Source of the DNA: Octopus vulgaris
Taxonomy: Eukaryota
Assembly: GCA_951406725.2 (NCBI GenBank)
Contig: OX597835.1
Location: forward strand, 1,674,001 to 1,738,000
Direction: 5' to 3'
Length of the DNA: 64,000 nucleotides
The position numbers and the translations under genes are program-made. The notes under the pieces are model-generated. The model was not told where the DNA came from. It saw only the letters and a program-made list of their open reading frames with translations, and did not search any database. How positions within the stretch are numbered: position 1 is the first letter of the stretch; every line of letters begins with the position of its first letter. Shown one piece after another: positions 53,004 through 64,000 of the stretch.

Positions 53004-53981
53004 TCTGGCTAATTTCCTCTGCTCCATCGTGTTGTTCTAATATAATGTGTGTAAGTTTCTTCAACTCAATATTTCTGTCAATAATATGCTTTCTCCAGAT
53101 CCTGGCATAGTCTGAGTAGTGGTAGGATTGCCATCCCAGTGAAACGGTCGCAGCAGAGGGAGTAAATTCTCTTTGGTTCTCAGTGTAGTTTTTTTTTTTT
53201 TTAATTAATTAATTCACGGTTAATTTCCATTAACTCTTTATTTCAAATGAAGCCATCTTTAACAGATGGTGTTTTTGTTTCGTCCCCCCCCCCCCGTTTT
53301 ACCCATTCCTATATCAGCCAAGTCATTCTAATTACCTGTTCATTGTCGATGTTAACATTTATGCTGCTTCTGTTATTGTTGTTGTCATGGTTCTATTAGC
53401 CCTAATGTGCACAAGTGTGTGTGTGTGTGTGTGTGTGAGGCTCTGTGTCTGTGTGTCTGCATTGTGGATATGTGTGTGTGAGGCCTGTGTGCATTCACTT
53501 AGACATGTTGTGCACTGCTTACTTCACACAGTTAACACCTCAAGTTCATTGACTCTTAATACATTGATTTCCAAACACCTTTCTATAAATTACAACCGCT
53601 TCTACTTCTACCACCACCGCCACCACCACCGCCACCACCATCATCGTAACTAATATTGGTAGTAGTAGTAGTAGTAGTAGTCTGGTTGTTGAGAATAAGA
53701 GGTTTGCTTCAGCTAATAATAATGGCATTGATATATGTAGTGATGGTGATGGTGATGGTGATGGTGATGGTTGTGGTAGTATTAAGGAAAGAAGTGGTGG
53801 GAAGTTGTTGCTGGCAATAATAACAGAAACAGTATGGGTGTGTGTCTGTACAGACACGTGTGTGTATATATGTGTATCTGCATATGTGTATCTGTGTATA
53901 TCAGTGTGTGTCTGTGTGTACACTATTTCTTTACAGTATTTTTTCCCCCGACATGAATATATTTGAATTTGTCCTCTGTAT

Positions 53982-54065
<84 letters not shown>

Positions 54066-54674
54066 TATAAATAACATATGTATATAGATAGATAGATAGA
54101 TAGATAGACAGATGTATGCATATGTGTATATATGTTTACACACACACACATACACACTTTGCCTGAATTTCTGAGATATGGAATCGTTATTATTATTATA
54201 TGTTGATATATTCGGAGCAATGTCCTCATCTTGGTTGCGATAGACACAGCATTTCATCCATTGTGTCCTCCAGCCGTTGTCAGGTGTCTCTCATAGTTAG
54301 TAACATCCTTAGAATTTCCAGCCAAATTCTTTATTAAATCTCCAAGGGGCTGGCAGAAGGGGTTTAGCTCTCCGTTGATGGAATGGTAGTAACACCTTTT
54401 AGACAGGGCAGAGCCCCATCATTCTCAAGGCCTGACCACAGACCTGGAAAGGTTCAGCCTCTCAGATCTGACTATGGAAGAGAGAGAGAGAGAGAGAGAG
54501 AGAAGAATTGATCAGAGTACATAACTTGTACTTTATCTGTAAAACTTGGAGGGATGTGAGAGGAAGTTGACCTCGATGAGATGTGAACTCAGAACACCCG
54601 AGCTGGGAAGATTACTGCAAAGCAGCCTCTCGTGACTCTGCCAGTTGGTTGCTTTAATGGAAAGGATGCGTACC

Positions 54675-55250
54675 TTTTACTTGTTTCAGTCATTAGACTG
54701 TGGCCATGCTGCAGCATCACCTTCAAGACTTTTAGAAAAAACATTATTTTTTTGTAAAGCCTGACACTTATTCTGTTGGTCTCTTTTGCTGAACTGTTCA
54801 GTTATGGGAACATAAACACACCGACACTGGTTGTGAAGCAGTAGTGGGGGAACAAACACACACGCACACATATCCATCCATACAGGTTTGTTCTTTACAG
54901 GTTGGTGCCCCATAAAATGCACTTGTGCTGGTGCTATGTGGATGCACCCTAGCTAGTTGCACATAAAGAGCACCCAGCACACTCTGTAAAATGGTTGGCA
55001 TCAGGAAGGGCATCCAGCCGTAGAAACAGTACCATAACAGACAATTGGAGTCTGGATAGCTCATTGGCTGAACCCATACCAGCATGGAAAATGACTTCTT
55101 TCAGTTTCTGTCTATGAAATCCACTCAGAAAGGTTTGGTCAGCGTAAGGCTTTGGTAGAAGACATTTGCCTAAGGTGTCACACAGAGAGACTGAACCCAG
55201 AAACAAGGAGTTGGAAAACAAACTTCTTACCACACAGCTACACCTGCACC
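54675..55250 (-). mobile_element. Family A SINE with nested SINE-like insert
   Basis: Reverse family A tail and head separated by a GGTTGGCATCAGGAAGGGCATCCAGC-type fragment. Confidence 0.7.
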
Positions 55251-55448
55251 TATATACTTCTATATATACTTCTTATATAAGTCGGTTAGACGGGGCTGTG
55301 TGTTTAAAAAGTCCACTTCCCAACCAAATGGTTTTGGTTTCAGTCCCATTGTTTACCACTTTGAGCAAGTGTCTTCTGCTATTATAGCCCTGGGTTCACG
55401 AAAGTCTTGTAAATGAATTTGACAGATGGAACCTGAAGGAAGAAGCCC

Positions 55449-55485
<37 letters not shown>

Positions 55486-57083
55486 ATGTATGTATGTGTT
55501 TGTGTTTCCTTGTTTTCACATCTCATGAGAGTTGTAAATGAGTATTCCTCCGATGCATGACGTGTCATTCATTTCCAATATATTCTGGAGTACAAAGATG
55601 TTTGGCCCTTGGGGGGAGTATTACCTTGCTTGGTAATACAGGTGAGGGTTGGCAACATGAATGGCATCTGGCTGCCGAAAATATGTCTCAGTCGACTCTG
55701 TTCAACCCATGCAGACATGGACAAGTGGATGCTGAAATGACGACGATGATGATGAGTCAGATGAAGCTGATTTAGATGAGAACTGGATCTTGAGAGACAC
55801 ATTAGGGGTAACAGGAGGAGGTGTGTGTGTGTGTGTGCCAGGTGTTCTTGTGTGGAGGTCAGTTACACAGGCTGTTGTTGTAGCATGGAAATGTCTGGGT
55901 TAATGATTGATGAATGTTGGTGATTGAATCTTTGCCAGTTAGTCAGATTGGGTTTTATTGGTTGCAGTAGAGACTCTGGTGTGTCCAGCTCTGTCATAGA
56001 TATGCCAGCAATACTCTTAATACTCAGCGACAGACAGATCATGGCTGAAGTATTTTTCTGGCCCAGGAGGAGAGTCCTAGTCTTGTGACTTGGTAGTTTT
56101 GGCAATGGTATTTGTGATCATCAGGCAAGATCATTCAAAATTGTAAGTTTTGAGCTTTTAGTCGTGTGTTATTCAGGTATATGGTGGGCATCGGCGGCTT
56201 GTGTATAGGCACTGTGACTCATGCAGCTCCCCCCCCCTATTTCCACTTGTAATGAGTCCCTTTTTTCTTTAATTCTTTCTTTATACTTGTACATTATATA
56301 ATCCTTAAGCTTAATGTCAGTAGTCATCCCCTAGTTTATGAAAAAAATACAAAACTCCTTGTATAGAACTGTGTGTTTCACAGTTCCAGCGACATGATGT
56401 TTGGCTGTTGTGTGCATGCTCACATGTTCGAGATAGGAAGCTTCACACTAGGAAGAGAGGGAGCACTGTGTGAATGACTGCTGACCCCTGTGTTCCGGTG
56501 AAAAGTAGTGTTTCTTTTTGACTCCACATGTGTTGTGCTTAAAAACATGTTTATATTCCCAAATGTGATAAAGTGTAGAATTAGATTATTATCTTGCTTC
56601 CAGATTCGGTCTTGCTGCCAGGATTCCCCCTCCCCTTATTTTGTAATTTAGGGGAGAATTTTTGAAAAACAAGGGGGAATTCACAGCGGTGTTCGGTGAA
56701 CAAATTAAACTCCCTACCCGGCAGTGACTAAAACACAAACCAATTAAGTTGATGTATAAATTTTCTTTTTGAATGTTTGTTTCCTTTTACACAATATTAA
56801 AAACGGCTAAACATTTTCTGAGGCAATACTCTGACTAATTTTATCTACGAGCCATCACTGATGGTGGGTGTGGTACAATATTGTTTCTTTGAAATGTTTA
56901 ATAATTGTGTCATTGTTTCTACAACTGAAGGAAACTCGGTTGTTGTGTCTCCGTTGTCGGGTGTTTGTTTATTTCAATGTAGTGTGAAGTGTCTAAACTT
57001 GCATATGGATGACAGCTGTGTGCAGGAGGTTCAGCTGCAGTGAAATGTCATATTAACTGTGTGTAGTTCAAAATAATGGCAAG

Positions 57084-57560
57084 TACCGTAAAAACCCATG
57101 TAATTTGCACACCTGTGTAATTTATGCAGGTGATTTTCAGGATAAAATTTGATAAAAAAAAAGCTTCTACTCATGTAAAATTCACACCTAAAAGTTTTCA
57201 GAATTACCAATATAGTCAGGGAAAAAAGGTTTGCAATTCAGTTGTATTTAGCATAATTTCACTCACTTATGAATAGATTTTATTAAATTTTCATTAAATA
57301 AAAATAATTTCTGTTTAACAGTATCACATTGAAAACGATTAAATTACAAAGTGTCTGAGTTGTTTATAATAAACTACATTTTACATTTCTTGCCCACGAG
57401 AGATTATGTCTGATCTTTAGCATACTTCTGTATGTCTTCTCAAACTAAAATCACAGGAAAAGCTGCTGATAAGAATTACCGACACTGCCTATTCTTGTCG
57501 GAACCTTCGATACAGAGTTTCAAAATTTTAATTCTTTTCACACTTATAAAATGTAAAGCA
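57084..57560 (+). mobile_element. Possible pogo/Tigger-like MITE end
   Basis: TA|CCGTAAAAACCCATGTAATTTGCACACCTGTGTAATTT start resembles pogo-type TIRs with an internal direct repeat; no second TIR found. Confidence 0.35.
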
Positions 57561-57756
57561 AACTTTAAAATTTGTCATTACCGTTATTGTCAGGATGAGC
57601 AGAACTTATGAATCGTTTACTGCAAAGGAGAAATTAAATATGTGCTCCATTGCGATAGGTAGTAACTCCAAGCAATGTAAAAATATGGCCCAGACCGTTT
57701 ACCAGCATGAAGGTCAGACTTCAAAAAGTAGTTAACCATTTAATGGTTTTAGTAAA

Positions 57757-58269
57757 TTTATACATCTTCCCACATTATAAGGGTGATGTGGTCGTAGAAA
57801 TTGTCTGATAGCCATGCTGGGCTCTCCTGCTCATGTTGCAAGACATAGGATCTTCCAGCATCCACCCTCTTGACCCAGAGCAGCACTACCTTCTCCAAGT
57901 ACTTAATGTAGGCCTCCATGTTGAGTCCAAGGCCATGTGGGAAGATGACTGGAGGCATAATGTTGCCATCACTAGTGATGGCTGCAAATCCCATGATGTT
58001 GACTGGATGTTTGATTTTTATCACTCTCAGTACGTGTCCTCAGATTGACACCCAAACACTCTGAAATGTTTTGTATTAGAGGTTCCGGTGCGAATGCCAA
58101 GCAGTACAGCAAATTTCTGGCAGAGTGAATTGCATCATGATGCTGTTTTTCTCACAGACAGTACCCAACTGACCCTACTATACTGTGTAATCGACAAAAT
58201 CAAAAACAAGCAATGCGCATGCTCGAAATTAAAAATATAAAATGGCTACAATTTACCCATTGCACTCTG
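57757..58269 (-). mobile_element. maT-like mariner remnant (internally deleted) with 5' TIR
   Basis: KHPVNIMGFAAITSDGNIMPPVIFPHGLGLNMEAYIKYLEKVVLLWVKRV.AGRSYVLQ peptide; end TA|CAGAGTGCAATGGGTAAATTG on the minus strand. Confidence 0.8.
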
Positions 58270-58316
<47 letters not shown>

Positions 58317-58961
58317 TGGACTTTTCAATTTCAACTCCCAGATTCACTCACAAGGCTTTCATTTGTCCAAGGCTAAAAGTATAAGACCCTTGTCTCCAAG
58401 GTGCCTAGCTGTGGAACTGAACTTGAAACCATGTGGTTAGGAAACTAATTTCTTAGTCACATGTCCATGCCTTGCAGATCATGAGAAATTTAAATAAATG
58501 ATCTGGGTCAAAACTGGGAGTTAGTGTTGTGTGTGTGTCTGTGTGTCTTTGTATCTGTGTTTGTCCCCCACCACTGTTTGACAACTGGTGTTGGTGTGTT
58601 TACATCCCTCCCCATAACTTAGCAGTTTGGCAAAAAAAACCTGATAGAATAAGTACTAAGCTTAAAAAAGATAAGCCCTGGGGTCGATTTGTTCAACTAA
58701 AACTTTTCAAGGCAGTGCTCCAGCATGGCCACAGTCGAATGACTGAAACAAGTAAAGGAAGGATAACATGGAGCTTAGATTTTATTTGAGATTGCATTAG
58801 GAAGTTCCAGTTCACCTGTTCTATCCAGGGGAAGATTTATTTCCTATGTGTGTCATTCCATGAAATCACAGCTAAGCACTGGCACACAAAAAAAAACTGT
58901 TCAAATTTAGCAGACGTTCACATTTTTGACATTACAGCTGTTGCTATGATCACAGATGAGG

Positions 58962-58978
58962 CTGCTGTCGCTGGCTGC

Positions 58979-59034
<56 letters not shown>

Positions 59035-59036
59035 CT
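58962..59036. repeat. (CTG/TGC)n trinucleotide microsatellite
   Basis: Direct reading. Confidence 0.92.
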
Positions 59037-59354
59037 AACACTGTTGCTACTCAAACCAACACGCAACTATCTATGAGGTCACTTGACCTGTGAGAAATGG
59101 CAGCCAAATCTTCTTCATATTTCACTGTTTTCTTAATAAAATGAAGGACAGATTGAATAATGTGGTTTTAGGTCTACTCTGTTGTTTGGTAAGAGAAAAG
59201 GCAGAATGGCTGTGTGTCTAGTTGTCCTGTTTTTTTGTTTTTATATATAATTTCTCCTGATCTTCTCAAAGAATGCTTTGGAACTGTGACTTGTTCTCTT
59301 ATTTATTTATTTATTTATTTTAAGTTTGTGTAAATATTTATTTAAGTTTGTTTT

Positions 59355-59730
59355 CACTGTTTACTTGTTTGAGTTATTAGACTGTGGCCATACTGAAGCA
59401 GCGTCTCTAAGAACTTTCCGTTGAATGAATCAACTCCAATACTTTTTTTTTTAAGCCTGGTGCTTATTCTATCAGTCTCTTTTGCTCAACTGCCAAGTTA
59501 TGGGGATGTAAACACACTAACACTGGTTGTCGAGTAGTGGTGGGGGACAAAGACACACACGCACACACACACACATGATGGGCTTCTTTCAGTTTCCGTT
59601 TACCAAATCCACTTGCAAGGCCTGATGCTTTAGTGGAAGACATGTGCACGATGCCACGAAATGGGACTGAACCCAGGACCATGTTGTTTGGAAGCAAGCT
59701 TCTGACACAGCACACAACCACACCTGCTGC
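59355..59730 (-). mobile_element. Family A SINE
   Basis: Reverse-complement match to 52615-53003. Confidence 0.8.
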
Positions 59731-60829
59731 TATAATATGTAAATGGTTTAAAATTTTAGCTTTCTGCAAATTTTTTAGCTTTTAGAAAATACAGCTTTCA
59801 TTTAAAATTTATTCATTAGGTTTTCATTAAAGTTTAAACCTACAACTTATGTAGGTTCTTTTTTGTATATTGTAATTTTAGCGATGTTAATTACTGTTAA
59901 TTTTTTCAATAAATGCATTAATGGAAGAAGCTATTTATAATTCTTGTTCTTCATGGCTGTCTGGTAAAAAGCTTTCTTCCTAACCACATGGTCCCCGGTT
60001 CAGTCTTATTGAGTGGCACCTTGGGCAAGTGTCTTCTACTATAGCCTTGTGAGTGGATTTCAATATCTGTTTTCCAGCCTGGTGTAGGTTGTATCAGCTT
60101 TCAATCTGGCAAGTTCACTAATCCTCCAAATCCTGTGTATCACCTCACCTGCAAAATCCAACAATGTGAGATCTAACCCCACTATTTCCTCTCTTGTCTT
60201 TGTTGGTCTTCCTCTGCTTTGGACACTTTCCTCTTTCCAGCCAATACTCATTGTTCATTCTCATCACATGCTCCCTCCATACTCCCAGGTGAACCTTGAC
60301 TGAGTAAACCTAATATGAAAGCTGTTCTCTCTTTCACCATCTCATCCTTTCTACAGTAGCTACAACTTTATTATGCAATATCTTTTACCCTGTTTAAAAC
60401 AGTGAATGTGGTTTGATTTGGGGAAAATTTGGTTATTATTTCTAGCAAATTGAACGGCCAGTTAGAGACTTTTCATTGACTCTGTCACCTCAGTGTCCAT
60501 ACCAATGCAGTTGTATCTCTTGTGTACATCGAGAGAGAGAGAGAGAGAGAGACACACACACACACACACATGCACATTTATTTTGGATTTTTTGCTAGCA
60601 ACTTTCAGATACAAGTGCTGCCAGTTGAAAGATTCAGGTACCAGATGTTAGCAAGTTTATGGGGTCATCAGGAGAAAATGCACGTTATTTCAGGGCCTTC
60701 CTCTCGATGGCATCATTGTGCACTGGTTTCCTTCACTGAAATGAGACCCCACTTGCTAGATTAACTGGTTACTAGGTTTAAGCATGTGTGTGTGTGTGTA
60801 TGTATATATATATATGATCGTTACTAGAG

Positions 60830-61230
60830 CAACAAGCTGGCCTCCGTGCCAATGGCACGTGAAAAAACACCATTCGAGCGTGATCGTTACCTGCGTCGCC
60901 TTACTGGCACTTGTACTGGTGGCACATGAAAAAACATTCGAGCGAGGTCATTGCCAGTGCCGCTGGACTGGCTCCTGTGCAGGTGGCACATAGAAAGCAC
61001 CATTTGAGCGTGGCCGTTGCCAGTACTGCCTGGCTGGCTCTCATGTCAGTGGCACGTAAAAGCACCCAGTACACTCTCGGAGTGGTTGGCGTTAGGAAGG
61101 GCATCCAGCTGTAGAAACTCTGCCAGATCATATTGGAGCCTGGTGCAGACATCTGGTTCGCCAGACCTCAGTCAAATCGTCCAATCCATGCTAGCATGGA
61201 CAGCGGACATTAAACGATGATGATGACGAT
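60830..61230 (+). mobile_element. SINE-like element with internal repeats and (GAT)n tail
   Basis: Repeated GTGGCAC.T.AAAAGCACC units, GGTTGGCGTTAGGAAGGGCATCCAGCTGTAG, tail TAAACGATGATGATG. Confidence 0.75.
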
Positions 61231-62336
61231 ATATAAGAGAGAGATGTAAGCTTGGCTGTGTGGTTACGAAGTGCATATCCCAACCATGTTGGTTTCGCAG
61301 CACCTCACTTGACCAAAGCCTATTTATGCTTACACCAGTCTAAAAAGTGATGTTGTTTACATTGTGTCTGTTTATATCCTGTGACTTAGTAGCTTCACAA
61401 ACAGAGATGGATAAAATACATACCAGACTGGGGGAGGGTAGAGTTTAGGGCCAGTATGATTGAGCAGAGGTTCTCAAAGGTTGTATTGTAGCCAGGTTGT
61501 AGCCTAATGACTGAAACCGGTAAAAGAATAACTGGATGGATGTCACGTTTATAGAATTTCTTTTGTAAAACGTAAGTTAAGAGAGTTTATTGCTTCTTAA
61601 AATGTGTGAGATGTTCTCTTAGATATCAAATCTGCAATGTTAGGTTATGGGAGTGGAGATGTGTAATTTTCTTGAGACACAACGAAGCGATGGTATCTGT
61701 TGCACCTGCCTTGTGTCCACTGGACATGACAGATCTCTGCTCTGATTATCTATGTTGACCATACATCATATCCAGATGTGTGGGTGTGTGTGTGTCTGTG
61801 CTGGACCAATAAAAATTATATATGTCTGTATATTTTTCGATGTATGTCTAAATGTACATACATATGCTTGTATGTATGTTCATGTGTGCGTGTATACATG
61901 TATATATGTACTTGTGTATGTGCATTTGTGTGTATGTTTATGTATATATATATATATATATATAACTACTCTTGTTTATGTAGAATATGTGAGTACATGT
62001 GAGTACATGTGTGTGTGTATGTGCATATGTGTGTCAGGAAACAGAGAGGCAAGAAGAGATCATGGAATATAAATGGAATAAAATTGAATCTAGAATGCAG
62101 TGTTGAGTGCGTCCAACCCTCGGCTGTAGAGTGTCAACTCTGGGCATATTCCAGTCTTATCATACCTCATCAATAGGCAATATTGTTTTGTGCATGGACA
62201 GGAAACGGGATGGCCATATCTGGTATGCTTTTGATCATAGGTCCACTCAATCATGATCAACTTGGATCTAAACAATATCACAACAGCAACATGATGCCAG
62301 GACAATCTGAAATGAAATCTAGACAAACATACATAC

Positions 62337-62391
<55 letters not shown>

Positions 62392-63290
62392 TAATAATAA
62401 TAATAATAATAATAAGAAGAAGAAGAAGAAGAAGAAAAAGAATAATAATAATAATAATAATAATAATGTGGAACCATGTCAGTTGGGTGATGGTTGGTAA
62501 TAGATGATTAGTTTGGAAGTAATGTATTGCCAATATTATAAGTAGAGACTTGAAGATAAAAATCAGAAATGACTGATATAATTGAGTGGATATTGTTAAA
62601 TAAGAATGTTTTTGAAGTCAGCTGATGTCAACATCATCTGGAAAGACTAAGGAAAGAATGAGGTCATCTATCGATTGCTGGTTTCTGTGGTGCTCCACAA
62701 TCATAGCTTTATTTCTATTGAAGAATAAAAAAAAAATATAAAAAAAAGACATGTGAAGTACAAAGACACTTCACAAGGGGTGGTGATGAGGGGGGGAGAA
62801 AATGCTGCTGACCACTGGTTCTTGGAAAGGAAATGTCGCTCCATGATTTTCAGAACTTCTAATGAGTAGCAGAGCTGAAACAGGAAAAATCTGCAGAGTT
62901 CCATCTGATGTAATGGATGAATCATCATTGACATCCATCGTCATTGTATTCAGCATCATCATCATCATTGCCATCATCAGTATCATCGTCGTTGTCCTCG
63001 TCATCAAGAATATTTTTCGTGATGATCACATGGAGGAATGACAATCGCCTCCATTTTGGATTAACATGAAACCAATGGTAGCCTTAATATACAAATAAAG
63101 CATATATACATATATATATACATATATATATATACATATATACATGTATATATATGCTGGCGAATGAACGTATGGTGGACTAAGTTTATGCAATGCTTAA
63201 CGATGCTGGAAATATAAGTACCAGGCTGCAATCTGCTCTGTCATGACTGCATTAAATAAATTTCTAGTGAAACAATTGTTGCAAACTTAC

Positions 63291-63334
<44 letters not shown>

Positions 63335-63710
63335 GACAGAGGAGTGGCTGTGTGGTAAGTAGCTTGCTTACCAACCACATGGTTCAAGGTTCTATTCCAC
63401 TGCGTAGCACCTTGGGCAAGTGTCTTCTAATATAGCATGTGGCCGGCCAAAACCTTGTGAGTGGATTTGGTAGATGGAAACTGAAAGAAGCCCGTCATAT
63501 ATGTGTGTCTGTGTGTGTGTTTGTGTGTCTGTCCACCCCTACTATCACTTCACAACCGATGCTGTGTGTTTACATCTCCCGTAACTTAGTAGTTCAGCAA
63601 AGAAGACTGATAGAATAAGTGTCGGGCTTGCAAAGAATGAGTCCTGGAGTTGATTTGTACAATTAAAAGGCAGTGCTCCAGCATGGTCACAGTCAAATGA
63701 CTGAAACAAA
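63335..63710 (+). mobile_element. Family A SINE, full length
   Basis: Matches 52615-53003; directly followed by two minus-strand heads (63711-63810, 63850-64000). Confidence 0.88.
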
Positions 63711-64000
63711 GGTGCCACATGTAGGACTGAACCTGGAACCATGTGGTAGGGATGCAAACTTCTTACCACACAGCCACTCCTGTGCCAAATTGCCTCTCCT
63801 GCACCTACTACGCCTATATATGTATACACACACACACACACACTGAACATCTGTCTGTTTCTGTCTATTAAATCCACTCCCAGATTTTGGTCGGCCCAAA
63901 GCTATAATGGAAGACACTTACCCAAATGCTACACAGTGGGAGTGAACTCAGAACCATGTGGTTGGGGAGTAAGCTTCTTACCACACAGCCACACCTGTGC

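Noticed and set aside
58850-59038. Poly-Cys / poly-Ala / poly-Gln coding segment
   Set aside because: Simple CTG repeat without supporting exon structure.
62090-62533. Poly-Asn/Lys or poly-Ile ORFs
   Set aside because: (AAT)n/(AAG)n microsatellite adjoining a family C repeat.

Overview
AT-rich, repeat-saturated eukaryotic DNA, not prokaryotic. It is most likely intronic or intergenic DNA of a coleoid cephalopod such as Octopus; this is an inference from the recurring tRNA-headed CORE-like and Meta-like SINE families and the extreme (TA)/(CA)/(TAA)/(GGT) microsatellite density. No intact protein-coding gene is recognisable, and nearly all ORFs in the track are microsatellite or SINE read-through. 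Supported content: a ~1.84 kb 22-bp minisatellite; a tRNA-Asp(GTC) pseudogene; dozens of SINE copies; decayed LINEs (RTE-like, R4/Dong-like with RT+RLE in TAA repeats, Tx1/L1-like, Penelope-like); several Tc1/mariner (incl. maT-like) remnants; hAT MITEs (one with a perfect 8-bp TSD); and Helitron derivatives. The most notable items are a 71-bp-arm palindrome carrying a minimal hammerhead-ribozyme-like core next to a second long hairpin, a tandem pile-up of TAA-targeted retroelements, an RTE element with an inverted 5' part, and several weak + strand splice-signal candidates (microexon, recursive-splice-like site, possible alternative first exons) that hint the window lies inside a long-intron gene. 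I found no convincing novel multi-gene system. Repeat boundaries are approximate.
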